A stretch of 64,000 nucleotides of DNA, from assembly GCA_046754465.1 (NCBI GenBank), contig JBHHVU010000002.1, forward strand, positions 32,001 through 96,000, given 5' to 3'. The translations under genes were made by a program, and so were the position numbers. Source of the DNA: Nitrospinaceae bacterium. GTDB taxonomy: Bacteria > Nitrospinota > Nitrospinia > Nitrospinales > VA-1. Shown in pieces: positions 1-9,821 of the stretch; the first letter of the stretch is position 1, and every line of letters begins with the position of its first letter. The notes under the pieces were generated by a model, which was given only the letters and a program-made list of their open reading frames with translations, did no database searches and had not been told where the DNA came from.

Positions 1-223
1 CCTCAGTCGCTGGCCCGTTCTCCAGAATTGCGGTCCCGTCCGTTTATTCGGTCTGGAAAATGGCGTCAGAAAACCCGACGGCTCTGTTGTGTCCCCGTTT
101 CTGTCCATGAAACGGATTTTCATGTCGGATTTCATTCTGTCCCAAGTGGAAAAAAGCTGATTTTTCAAAATAAATTTTCAAAAATTTTCCTCTTCGCCGC
201 TCCCCGCGAATTCCCCGCCAATA

Positions 224-240
224 CGGTATAAGCCTTGCAT
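224..240 (+). promoter_or_regulatory. Candidate sigma54 (-24/-12) promoter for the fliO-fliA operon
   Basis: CGGTATAAGCCTTGCAT has GG-N10-GC spacing and ends in TTGCA. It lies 72 nt upstream of fliO, with an AT-rich tract further upstream. Confidence 0.5.
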
Positions 241-312
241 TTAAACTATTTAAGATAATTGTGGTGTTTTTTTTGACACACCCCATGTCATATACCTTGC
301 GGGAATCCGAAT

Positions 313-1491
313 ATGGTCACATCAACCCGGTTGAAAATATTAGCTTTGGTTTTGTTCCTGCTGGTGTGTTTTCCGGGGGAGCCGCAGGCGCGCCTTTCTG
401 GCGCCAATTTTTTGAAGGATGTTTTTTCGGAGGTGGGTGCAAATAGCTTAACCATTCATCTTGAATTTGCCCGGCCCGGTCCAGGCCACACGGCTCCGGT
501 TTTCAGTAAAAATTCCGTTCAGATCGATTTCCCCCATACCGCCGTTCAACCCGCGAAACGTTATTTTTATACCGGGGATTCTTGGATCCCGCAGGTCTTT
601 GTTTCGCAGTACAACCGGGATACTGTGCGGGTGCAATTTATCCTCGGTCAAAAGCTTCCCCATCTGAGCGAACATTTTCACCTCGGCAAACAGGGGCGGT
701 TCCTGGAGATTCGGGTGAATAAGGGAGAAGCGGATGATTTGGGACAACTTCTGGCCCGGGCCGCTGAAAATCTCCAGCAAGATGAAAATTCCGAATCGGG
801 TCCAATAGAAGCGGACCCTAAATCGGAAAAGAGGGTGAACGTGAAAGACCCCCTGTCAGCCGGCGGGAACCCGATCGTTGCAGAAACCCTCACCGATCCG
901 GCGCCCCAACCCAAACCCTTGCTGGGCGCCAGGGTATCCACGGTCCCGCCCGCGGGTTTGGAACCACCTTCCCGGACCGGTTCCGGCAAACCTCTGGATC
1001 CTCTGCCCACGACCATGAAAATGCTCACCGGGTTTTCCCTGGTGTTGGGGTTGATGCTCCTGCTCTTTTACCTGTTTAAGAAATTTGTGCTGAAAAATAC
1101 CGTTTTCGGGGGCAGCGATAAACTCGTTCGCGTTTTGGGCACGGGGTTTCTGGGTCCCAAGAAAAACATCGTCCTGGTGGAAGTGGCCGGAGAAGTCCTG
1201 GTGCTGGGCATTGCCAACGACAATATTTCTCTTCTTGCCAATATCCGCGAAAAAGAAAAAATCGAAAAAATCATGAGCGCCCGGAGGGAAGGCGGGAACG
1301 GGACCTGGTGGAATTCCCAGCGCAAGCACGGTGAATCACCGAAATCCCCCACCCCCCCTTCATCCCAACCCCGTGAAACCTTCATCAATGTGCTCAGGAA
1401 AATCACACTGCCCCCGCAGCCAAAAGAAAAGTCGGTAAAACATGTGACCCGCCAGATCCGGCGCAACCTTGGTAACCTGAGAACCCTATGA
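313..1491 (+). CDS. fliO: Flagellar biogenesis protein FliO/FliZ with an extended N-terminal periplasmic (AMIN-like) domain
   Basis: C-terminal TM followed by 'VRVLGTGFLGPKKNIVLVEVAGEVLVLGI' (FliO motif); N-terminal signal peptide; directly upstream of fliP. Confidence 0.8.
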   Translation: MVTSTRLKILALVLFLLVCFPGEPQARLSGANFLKDVFSEVGANSLTIHLEFARPGPGHTAPVFSKNSVQIDFPHTAVQPAKRYFYTGDSWIPQVFVSQYNRDTVRVQFILGQKLPHLSEHFHLGKQGRFLEIRVNKGEADDLGQLLARAAENLQQDENSESGPIEADPKSEKRVNVKDPLSAGGNPIVAETLTDPAPQPKPLLGARVSTVPPAGLEPPSRTGSGKPLDPLPTTMKMLTGFSLVLGLMLLLFYLFKKFVLKNTVFGGSDKLVRVLGTGFLGPKKNIVLVEVAGEVLVLGIANDNISLLANIREKEKIEKIMSARREGGNGTWWNSQRKHGESPKSPTPPSSQPRETFINVLRKITLPPQPKEKSVKHVTRQIRRNLGNLRTL

Positions 1492-2252
1492 AAACCCGAA
1501 AAACATGGATGCTCCTTATGCTGGGGTTGATCCTGGGTTTCACACTTGCGGGATTCATCGCCGACGCCTGGGCGATTCCGTTCCCCAACATTCAGGTGGG
1601 AATCGAGGATGTGGACGAACCCGAGAAAATATCCAGCGCCCTTCAGATTCTCATCCTTCTTACGGTCCTTGCGCTGGCCCCGTCTATCCTGATCATGATG
1701 ACCTCATTTTCCCGGATCATTATTGTTCTTTCCTTTCTCCGCCAGGCCATGGGAACGCAACAGACGCCGCCAACGCAGGTGTTGATCGGATTGGGGCTTT
1801 TCCTGACCTTGTTTGTCATGAGTCCGATCTGGACGGAAATCAATCAAAGCGCTCTGCAACCCTTCCTGGCCGAGGAAATTTCGCAAACCGATGCCTTGAA
1901 ACAGGCGGAGATTCCTCTCAAAGAGTTCATGATTCGGCAGACCCGGGAAAAAGACTTGTCCCTGTTTGTTAATTTGGGAAATGGAAAGAGGCCGGCCTCG
2001 CCCCAGGAGGTCAGTATGAGCACCCTCATTCCCGCTTTTATCATCAGCGAGTTGAAAACCGCTTTTCAGATCGGATTCCTCATCTATATCCCATTCCTGA
2101 TTCTCGACATGGTCGTGGCCAGCATCCTGCTATCCATGGGAATGATGATGCTGCCCCCGGTATTGATCTCCCTGCCGTTCAAGCTCATGTTGTTCGTGAT
2201 GGTGGATGGCTGGTATTTGACCGTGGGGTCCTTGATGAAAAGTTTCGGTTAA
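1488..2252 (+). CDS. fliP: Flagellar export apparatus protein FliP
   Basis: Motifs 'MMTSFSRIIIVLSFLRQAMGTQQTPP' and 'GMMMLPPVLISLPFKLMLFV'. Confidence 0.97.
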   Translation: MKTRKTWMLLMLGLILGFTLAGFIADAWAIPFPNIQVGIEDVDEPEKISSALQILILLTVLALAPSILIMMTSFSRIIIVLSFLRQAMGTQQTPPTQVLIGLGLFLTLFVMSPIWTEINQSALQPFLAEEISQTDALKQAEIPLKEFMIRQTREKDLSLFVNLGNGKRPASPQEVSMSTLIPAFIISELKTAFQIGFLIYIPFLILDMVVASILLSMGMMMLPPVLISLPFKLMLFVMVDGWYLTVGSLMKSFG

Positions 2253-2264
2253 AGGGAGGAAGAG

Positions 2265-2534
2265 ATGACCCAGGCCTTTATCATAGATTTTGCGATGGAC
2301 AGCATGAAAACCACACTGTTGCTGTCTGCCCCCATGCTTGGGTTTGGGTTGGTGACGGGTCTTTTGGTTTCAATTTTTCAAGCCGTGACCTCCATTCAGG
2401 AGTTGACGTTAACGTTCATACCCAAGATCCTGGCGGTATTTCTGGCGCTGGTCCTGTTTTTCCCGTGGTTGTTGCAGATCATGATCAGCTTTACCTCCAG
2501 GGTTCTGATTCATTTTCCGGAATACATCCAGTAA
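2265..2534 (+). CDS. fliQ: Flagellar export protein FliQ
   Basis: 89 aa, 'VSIFQAVTSIQELTLTFIPKI', GGAGG RBS. Confidence 0.97.
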   Translation: MTQAFIIDFAMDSMKTTLLLSAPMLGFGLVTGLLVSIFQAVTSIQELTLTFIPKILAVFLALVLFFPWLLQIMISFTSRVLIHFPEYIQ

Positions 2535-3311
2535 ATGAATATTTTGAATCTGAATCTGGCGGATTTTGAAACCTTTCTTTTCGTGTTTTCCCGGGTGGGG
2601 GCGATCATCATGTTCGCTCCCATCCTGGGGAGCACGCAAGTTCCGGCCCGCCTGAAAATTGGCCTGGTTCTGGTATTCAGCATCCTGATTTATCCCATGG
2701 TGCGCGCCCAGCCGCTGCCCCATCCTAAAGGATTGTTTGAGCTCGCGGTTTTTATTTCCAGCGATGTGATCATTGGCCTGGCCATCGCCTTCACTATTCG
2801 GCTCTTGTTTACGGCGGTGCAAGTGGCGGGAACGGTCGTGGATTTTCAAATGGGATTCGGCGTCGTGAACGTCATCGATCCCCAGACACAAACCCAGGTT
2901 TCCATCACCGCCCAGTTTCAGAATATTCTTGCGGTGCTGATTTTTCTGGCGACCGACGCACACCATGTATTGATCCGCGCCGTGGTCGAGAGTTTCCAAC
3001 TGATCAATCCCAATCAACTGGACTTTTCCAATGTGACGCCGGAATTTATTCTCAGGATCTTCTCCGGCATGTTCGTGACCGCGGTCAAGATCGCCGCTCC
3101 GATCATGGCCATCCTGTTTTTCCTGAGCGTGGGGCTGGGTCTGGTGGCCAGAACCGTTCCCCAGATGAATGTGTTCATCGTCGGGTTTCCCCTTCAGATC
3201 GGCGTGGGATTGGTCATGATCGCCCTGTCCCTGCCGTTTTTTGCCATCATTATACAAAGTCGGATCGCGGATTTACCCGCCCGGCTGATCGGTTTGATGC
3301 AAACCTTTTAA
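2535..3311 (+). CDS. fliR: Flagellar export protein FliR
   Basis: Multi-TM protein with 'DFQMGF' and 'ARTVPQMNVFIVGFPL'; fliPQR gene order. Confidence 0.96.
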   Translation: MNILNLNLADFETFLFVFSRVGAIIMFAPILGSTQVPARLKIGLVLVFSILIYPMVRAQPLPHPKGLFELAVFISSDVIIGLAIAFTIRLLFTAVQVAGTVVDFQMGFGVVNVIDPQTQTQVSITAQFQNILAVLIFLATDAHHVLIRAVVESFQLINPNQLDFSNVTPEFILRIFSGMFVTAVKIAAPIMAILFFLSVGLGLVARTVPQMNVFIVGFPLQIGVGLVMIALSLPFFAIIIQSRIADLPARLIGLMQTF

Positions 3312-3360
3312 CGAAACCGGGTTCCCCTCGCCGAAGGGGTAACCGCGGGCGATTTCACTC

Positions 3361-4434
3361 ATGGCGGAAGAAAACAAAGACCAGAAAACAGAAGAGGCGA
3401 CCGCCAAGCGCATCACGGATGCGGAGGAAAAAGGGAACTTCGCGCATAGCCGGGAATTGACCTCCTCCTTCATTCTTTTGGCGGCGATCTTCGCCTTTAT
3501 AATGGTCGGACAGCAAGGGCCTCTCAAGATGATGGCGGCCTGGAGAGCCATCATCAGCGAATCCTATGCGCTGCGATTGACCCCCGAGGAACTCTACAAG
3601 GTGTTTCTTCTGGTGATAAAAAGCACACTGATGATCATGGGACCCATCCTTCTCACCATCATGGCGGGCGGAATCTTGGCCAACCTTATCCAAACGCGGG
3701 GATTCAAATTTTCCACCCAGCCCTTGACCCCAAAGTTTAATAAACTCAATCCCATTAAAGGATTCAGCCGGATTTTTTCTAAAAATTCCGCGATGGAACT
3801 TTTCAAGTCCCTTTTCAAAATTGCCCTGGTTTCCCTGATCGCTTACCAGACCATCAAGGGAAAATGGGATCTGATTCCGCCGCTCATGGGTTTTGGAGTG
3901 GGGCAGATTTTGTTCTTCATGGGAAAAGTGGCGCTGGAGATCATGTTCAAGGTCCTGCTCGTCATGATTTTCCTGGCCATTGTGGATTATGCGTTTCAAA
4001 GGTACACGTACCTGGAAAATCTGCGTATGACCAAACAGGAAGTCAAGGATGAAAGGAAGGAAACCGAGGGCAATCCCCAAATCAAGCAGAGGATTCGCAC
4101 GGTTCAAACCGAAATGGCCCGCCGCAGGATGATGACGGCGGTTCCCGAAGCCGATGTGGTGGTGACGAACCCCACCGAAATCGCCGTGGCGATCAAATAC
4201 GATGTGGATAAATACACCGCGCCTATCGTGGTCGCCAAGGGGATGGGACCCATCGCCAAAAAAATCCGTTCCATCGCCGAGCAACACGATGTCCCGGTGG
4301 TGGAAAATAAACCGCTGGCCCGGGTCCTGCACAAGACCGTGGAAATCGGACAACTGATTCCGGCCAGCCTTTATAAGGCGGTCGCCGAAATTCTTGCATA
4401 CGTTTACCGCCTGAAAGGCAAAAATTCCGTTTGA
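3361..4434 (+). CDS. flhB: Flagellar export switch protein FlhB
   Basis: 'KTEEAT', 'MTKQEVKDERKETEGNP'; autocleavage site reads 'TNPTE' (canonical NPTH). Confidence 0.96.
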   Translation: MAEENKDQKTEEATAKRITDAEEKGNFAHSRELTSSFILLAAIFAFIMVGQQGPLKMMAAWRAIISESYALRLTPEELYKVFLLVIKSTLMIMGPILLTIMAGGILANLIQTRGFKFSTQPLTPKFNKLNPIKGFSRIFSKNSAMELFKSLFKIALVSLIAYQTIKGKWDLIPPLMGFGVGQILFFMGKVALEIMFKVLLVMIFLAIVDYAFQRYTYLENLRMTKQEVKDERKETEGNPQIKQRIRTVQTEMARRRMMTAVPEADVVVTNPTEIAVAIKYDVDKYTAPIVVAKGMGPIAKKIRSIAEQHDVPVVENKPLARVLHKTVEIGQLIPASLYKAVAEILAYVYRLKGKNSV

Positions 4435-4596
4435 CCCAGGAAAAAAGAATGATTGGCAAAACGGAATCCAGGAGAGGCGGTGCCGGTCACCCGAGATAGA
4501 AATCAATGAAACGAAGCCAACAGGGATCATCTATGCCATCGAATAACCCGGTATTTCCCCGCGGGAAATATACCGTTTCAGGAGGATAATGCATTC

Positions 4597-6684
4597 ATGG
4601 GCCAGGCCCTCACGCTCAAGACGTTGACCGAAAGACCCCAGGAATTTGCTGTCGCCGTCGGGGTGATCATCATCCTGACGGTCATGGTCATGCCCATTCC
4701 CCCCTTCGCGCTGGATATTTTTCTTTCGTTCAGCCTGACCTTTTCCATCATCATTTTACTGGTGTCCATCTTCATGTTGGGCCCGTTGGAATTTTCGGTA
4801 TTTCCTTCCTTGCTGCTGATCGTTACCCTGTTGCGCCTGTCTCTCAATGTGGCCTCGACCCGAATCATCCTGTTGCACGGCAACGAGGGCACGGATGCGG
4901 CGGGCCAGGTGATCCAGTCTTTTGGTGCCTTTGTGGTGGGTGGAAATTACGTGGTGGGCTCGGTGATCTTCATTATTCTGGTCATGATAAATTTCATCGT
5001 CATCACCAAGGGTTCGGTACGGACCTCCGAAGTCGCGGCCCGGTTCACCCTGGACGCAATCCCCGGTAAACAAATGAGTATCGACGCGGACCTCAATGCG
5101 GGAATCATCACAGAACAGGAGGCCAGAGCCCGCCGGCAGACCCTGGAACGTGAGGCGGATTTCTATGGGGCGATGGACGGCGCCATCCGGTTTGTCCGCG
5201 GCGATGCCATCGCGGGAATCCTGATCACCCTCATCAATATCCTTGGCGGATTCAGCATTGGGGTGCTTCAGCAATCCATGGAGGTCTCCGAGGCGGCCCA
5301 GGTGTATACGTTGCTGACCATCGGGGACGGACTTGTTTCCCAATTGCCCGCCCTGGTGGTGTCCACCGCCGCCGGACTCGTGGTGACCCGCGCGGTGTCC
5401 GAAAAGAATCTTCCCTCCCAGCTTATGGGACAGTTGCTGAACCAGCCTTACGCGTTCGTGATCGCGGCCGTGGCCCTGTTTTTCTTCGGACTGATTCCCG
5501 GCCTGCCGCATTTCCCGTTTTTCTTCCTGGGAATCGCTGCCGGGGCCGTCGCCTATTTCCGGCTCGGTGAAATCCAACAAAAAGAAATGCAGGAAATCAA
5601 GAAAAAGGAAGATGACGCCAAAGCCCCTGTTCCCGAGCGGGTCGAATCGATCCTGCCCCTCGACATCATGGAACTGGAGGTGGGTTACGAACTGATTCCC
5701 CTCGTGGACGCGGACCGCAATGGCGAACTGCTGGAACGGATCAAGTCCATTCGCCGGCAGTTCGCCCTCGAATTGGGCTTTATCGTGCCGCCGCTCCACA
5801 TCCGTGACAACTTGCAATTGAAATCCAGTGAATACGCGATTGTCATCAAGGGGGTGGAAGTGGCGCGCGGGGCGATCATGATGGGACGCCTCCTGGCCAT
5901 GAATCCGGGAACCACGGAAAAGGAAATCGAGGGCATTCGAACCCAGGAACCCACCTTTGGGTTGCCGGCGGTATGGATCCCCAACAGCGCCAAACAGGAA
6001 GCCCAAATAGCCGGATACACCGTGGTGGATCCCGCGACGGTGATCACCACCCATATCAAGGAAACGATCAAGCGGCATGCGCATGAACTGCTGGGACGCC
6101 AGGAAGTCCAGGCCCTCCTGGATAAATTCAAGGAATCCAATCCCAAGGTCGTGGAAGAACTGATCCCCAATCTCCTGACACTGGGCAAGGTGCAGAAGGT
6201 TCTGCAAAACCTGCTCAAGGAACAAATATCCATCCGCGATCTCCGCACCATTCTGGAGCAGTTGGCCGATTACGCCTCTACGGTTCAGGACCCGGATGTG
6301 TTGACCGAGTATGTCCGGCAGGCGTTGGCCCGGCCGATCACCAAGCAGTACCAGGCTTCGGATGGCACGTTATCGGTTCTGACCCTCGACCGGGGGATCG
6401 AAGATGTGATCGAGGGTTCCATCCAGAAAACGGAAACGGCCTCCTTCCTGGCCCTGGAACCGAATATCGCCGAAAGACTGTTGGGCCGCCTGAAGGAAAT
6501 AATGGAATCCGTCGCGCCCAAGCTGGAAACTTCCCCCGTCCTCCTGGTGTCCCCGGCGATCCGGCTGCACCTTCGCCGGTTTACTGAAAGGTTTCTCCCG
6601 GACCTTGTGGTACTGTCTCATAGCGAGGTGGTCCCCACAGTACAGATCAAAACGTTGAACGTGGTGAACCTGAATGCGAATTAA
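4597..6684 (+). CDS. flhA: Flagellar export gate protein FlhA
   Basis: 'EVAARFTLDAIPGKQMSIDADLNAG' and 'FYGAMDGA'; 695 aa. Confidence 0.98.
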   Translation: MGQALTLKTLTERPQEFAVAVGVIIILTVMVMPIPPFALDIFLSFSLTFSIIILLVSIFMLGPLEFSVFPSLLLIVTLLRLSLNVASTRIILLHGNEGTDAAGQVIQSFGAFVVGGNYVVGSVIFIILVMINFIVITKGSVRTSEVAARFTLDAIPGKQMSIDADLNAGIITEQEARARRQTLEREADFYGAMDGAIRFVRGDAIAGILITLINILGGFSIGVLQQSMEVSEAAQVYTLLTIGDGLVSQLPALVVSTAAGLVVTRAVSEKNLPSQLMGQLLNQPYAFVIAAVALFFFGLIPGLPHFPFFFLGIAAGAVAYFRLGEIQQKEMQEIKKKEDDAKAPVPERVESILPLDIMELEVGYELIPLVDADRNGELLERIKSIRRQFALELGFIVPPLHIRDNLQLKSSEYAIVIKGVEVARGAIMMGRLLAMNPGTTEKEIEGIRTQEPTFGLPAVWIPNSAKQEAQIAGYTVVDPATVITTHIKETIKRHAHELLGRQEVQALLDKFKESNPKVVEELIPNLLTLGKVQKVLQNLLKEQISIRDLRTILEQLADYASTVQDPDVLTEYVRQALARPITKQYQASDGTLSVLTLDRGIEDVIEGSIQKTETASFLALEPNIAERLLGRLKEIMESVAPKLETSPVLLVSPAIRLHLRRFTERFLPDLVVLSHSEVVPTVQIKTLNVVNLNAN

Positions 6685-7759
6685 GAAATACATCGCTCCC
6701 AATTATCCCGACGCCCTGGCCGAGGTCAAAAAACAACTTGGAGACGACGCCCTGATCCTGAACACCCGCACCCTCAGGCAGGATACGGGATTGGGGGAGA
6801 AGGGCCCCCCCTTCGCCGTGGAGATCACCGCCGCGGTGGAATACCCCTCCGGGGAAGCCGAAACATTGCTTGGGGAACCCTCCCGGAAAGGGGCCGATCC
6901 TTTTCCGGAAAGGGAGAAGGATTACGAATTGAAGTCCCTCATCCTGACCCTGCTGAGCCAGACCCAGCGGGCCCGGTCGCTGGGGTTGAAGACCCATCAG
7001 TATGATATCTATACCCGAATGGTGAACAGCGGATTGAACGAACGGCTGGCCTCCAGAATTATTGAAAGAGCCTGTCCGGAAAATGACGGCCGGGAAGCCT
7101 CCCCGGATCAACGCAGGATCGTTGACCTCATGAAACGGGTCCTGATTTGCAAAGGCGGGATCGACCTGGTGGAGAACAGGCAGAAAAGAGTGGCGTTCAT
7201 CGGGCCCACCGGGGCCGGAAAAACCACGACGATCGCCAAGCTGGCGGCAGATTTTGCCTTGAGGCAGCAAAAGAAAGTGGCCATGATTTCGCTCGATACC
7301 TACCGGATGGGAGCGATCGATCAACTGCGGATCTACGGGGACATCATGCGGGTGCCCGTTGAATCGGCTTCCAACCGGAAAGAACTCAGGGAAATCGTAC
7401 GCCGGCACGCGGATAAAGACCTCATTCTCATCGATACGACCGGCCGCTGCCACAAGGATAAAGCCTATTCGGGCCAATTAAAGGTGATGTTCGGGGACCT
7501 GGGCAATTACGAAACGCAGTTGGTGTTGAGCGTCACCGCTCAGGAAAAAATATTCGAGGAATCTTTCAAACAGTTCAAACCCCTGGGTATCGACCGGGTG
7601 TTGTTCACCAAATTGGATGAAGGCGTCTGTTTTGGTTCCCTGTTCAACTTTTCCCTGCGCACCCGGATTCCGTTTTCTTATTTCACCATGGGACAAAGGG
7701 TTCCGGAAGACCTGGAGGTGGCTGAATCGGGAAAAGTAATAAGATTGATTTTTAACTGA
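6674..7759 (+). CDS. flhF: SRP-family GTPase FlhF
   Basis: 'GPTGAGKTTTIAKLAA', 'DTYR', 'TKLDE', 'GQRVPEDL'. Confidence 0.95.
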   Translation: MRIKKYIAPNYPDALAEVKKQLGDDALILNTRTLRQDTGLGEKGPPFAVEITAAVEYPSGEAETLLGEPSRKGADPFPEREKDYELKSLILTLLSQTQRARSLGLKTHQYDIYTRMVNSGLNERLASRIIERACPENDGREASPDQRRIVDLMKRVLICKGGIDLVENRQKRVAFIGPTGAGKTTTIAKLAADFALRQQKKVAMISLDTYRMGAIDQLRIYGDIMRVPVESASNRKELREIVRRHADKDLILIDTTGRCHKDKAYSGQLKVMFGDLGNYETQLVLSVTAQEKIFEESFKQFKPLGIDRVLFTKLDEGVCFGSLFNFSLRTRIPFSYFTMGQRVPEDLEVAESGKVIRLIFN

Positions 7760-7780
7760 AATCAAGATAAATTATGGGCG

Positions 7781-8653
7781 GTGAAATTGCGATCTCGTGA
7801 CCAGGCGGAAACTCTAAAACGATTAGTTAATGAACAAATGAAAAATTCGGCCCTCAGGGTGCTGGCCGTGGGCAGCGGTAAGGGAGGTGTGGGTAAAACC
7901 AACATTGTCGCCAATCTGGCTTATGCCCTCTCCAAAAGAGGTAAAAAGGTATTGGTGGTCGATGCCGATCTGGGGCTGAATAATATCGACATTCTATTGG
8001 GGCTGACGCCCCGGTTTCATATCGGGCATGTTTTGTCGGGTGAAAAAAATGTCGAGGATATCATCGTTCAGGGTCCGGCGGACATCCGCGTCCTCCCCGC
8101 CGGCGATGGCCTGCAGGAACTGACCCAGCTCGAAAATGAAAAGAAAATGATTCTGATGGATGAACTCGACCGGGTCAGCCGTGAATACGATTACCTCATC
8201 TTCGATACCGGCGCCGGAATCTCCACCAACGTCACTTATTTTTGCAGCGCCGCCCATGAAATCATCCTGGTCGCCACCACCGAACCGACCTCCCTGACGG
8301 ACGTTTATGCCCTGATCAAGGTGTTGCACCTGAAACACGCGCAAAAACATTTTCGTCTGATCATAAACGTGGTGGATTCGGAAAGGGAGGCGCAGGCCGT
8401 TTTCCGGAAACTGGCCGCGGTGACGGACAAGTTTTTGCAGGAGATTTCCGTCGAGTATCTGGGATTCATCCTTTCCGATCCTAACGTCCCCAAGGCCGTG
8501 CGGCGGCAAAAAGCTTTTATGGAATTGTATCCCTATTCCCGTGTGAGCCAATGTGTCAATGTCTTGTCCGATAAAATCGTCAAGGAAACGCGGCTGGATA
8601 CGGGTGCGGGGGATCCCCCGTTTTTCTGGAAGAGCGCCTTTCAGATTCAATGA
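7781..8653 (+). CDS. flhG: MinD-like ATPase FlhG/FleN
   Basis: 'SGKGGVGKT', 'DADLGL', 'DTGAGI'; follows flhF. Confidence 0.93.
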   Translation: MKLRSRDQAETLKRLVNEQMKNSALRVLAVGSGKGGVGKTNIVANLAYALSKRGKKVLVVDADLGLNNIDILLGLTPRFHIGHVLSGEKNVEDIIVQGPADIRVLPAGDGLQELTQLENEKKMILMDELDRVSREYDYLIFDTGAGISTNVTYFCSAAHEIILVATTEPTSLTDVYALIKVLHLKHAQKHFRLIINVVDSEREAQAVFRKLAAVTDKFLQEISVEYLGFILSDPNVPKAVRRQKAFMELYPYSRVSQCVNVLSDKIVKETRLDTGAGDPPFFWKSAFQIQ

Positions 8654-8895
8654 GCGAGATCAACGTAAAAAAAATGGCCCTGGCGTTTTCCCTCCTTGCC
8701 TTTGCCATACTCCTCTTCGGCAGTGTGCTCAACGGTTCGAGGGTGACCACCGGCTTGATCCGGGGAGCGGAAGCCGCCTTGGTGTTCGGCGGCCTGGCTT
8801 GGCTGCTAGGATCGATCTGGACGGATAAGAAAGTCCATAACCCCCCTGGAAAGCCTGAAGAACAAAAAGGAGCCCAGGTGGACAAAGTGATCTGA
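8650..8895 (+). CDS. Small two-TM hypothetical protein within the flagellar operon
   Basis: 81 aa with two hydrophobic helices; ATGA overlap with the flhG stop; ends 16 nt before fliA. Confidence 0.7.
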   Translation: MSEINVKKMALAFSLLAFAILLFGSVLNGSRVTTGLIRGAEAALVFGGLAWLLGSIWTDKKVHNPPGKPEEQKGAQVDKVI

Positions 8896-8911
8896 TTGAA
8901 GGAATCGCCGA

Positions 8912-9673
8912 ATGGCAGAAAAACCCCAGGTAGCCCAGGAAATTGAAATCAGCCCGGAAAACCGGGACGCCGTCATCAAGGAGTATGGCCCGATGATCAA
9001 GTATGTGGCGAATCGGATCGCCATGCGGCTGCCCCCTCATATCGAAGTCGACGATTTGATCAGTGTTGGGGTCCTCGGGTTGATCGACGCGATTCAGAAA
9101 TATGACCCCACCCGGGGCGCCAAATTCAAAACCTACGCCGAGTTCCGGGTCCGGGGCGCTATCCTGGATGAACTCCGCTCAATGGATTGGGTGCCCCGTT
9201 CGGTGCGCCAGAAGGCCGCATCCATGGACGCGGTCGTCCAGAAGTTGCAAAGCAAGCTGGGCCGGCCCCCCGAGGATGACGAAATCGCCGCCGAGATGGG
9301 GATGGACCTGAATGAATTCTTTAATACCCTGAATGAAACCCGGAGCATGCCCGTGCTCAGCCTGGAAGACCTGGGGATCGCCAAGGAAACCGGAGAACAG
9401 CAAAGCCTGCTGGATTGCCTCGCGGGCAAGGGCGACACCGACCCGCAGACCCAGCTCCGCCTCAACGAGCTCAAGGAAATCATTGCCAAAGCCATCGACC
9501 AGTTGCCGGAAAAAGAACGGCTGATGATTTCCCTGTACTATTATGAAGAACTGACCATGAAAGAAATCGGCGAGGTCCTGAGTATCACCGAATCGCGGGT
9601 TTCTCAAATCCATTCCAAAGCCGTCTTCCGGCTTCGCACCAAACTGAAATCCATCATCGCCGAGGAATTGTAA
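8912..9673 (+). CDS. fliA: RNA polymerase sigma-28 factor FliA/WhiG
   Basis: 'RVRGAILDELRSMDWVPRSVR' and 'ELTMKEIGEVLSITESRVSQIH'. Confidence 0.97.
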   Translation: MAEKPQVAQEIEISPENRDAVIKEYGPMIKYVANRIAMRLPPHIEVDDLISVGVLGLIDAIQKYDPTRGAKFKTYAEFRVRGAILDELRSMDWVPRSVRQKAASMDAVVQKLQSKLGRPPEDDEIAAEMGMDLNEFFNTLNETRSMPVLSLEDLGIAKETGEQQSLLDCLAGKGDTDPQTQLRLNELKEIIAKAIDQLPEKERLMISLYYYEELTMKEIGEVLSITESRVSQIHSKAVFRLRTKLKSIIAEEL

Positions 9674-9821
9674 GAATTCCCCGGAGAACCCCCAGCCTTC
9701 TTTGTTGCCTGATCAGGCTAAATGAAATAAATTTTCGGGAACGTTGATTCCCTTTCTTTGTGCCGGGGGTCAGGGTGTGCCCGATGGAAGGGGAGTGCAT
9801 GGACGGGATGGGGGTGGGTTC

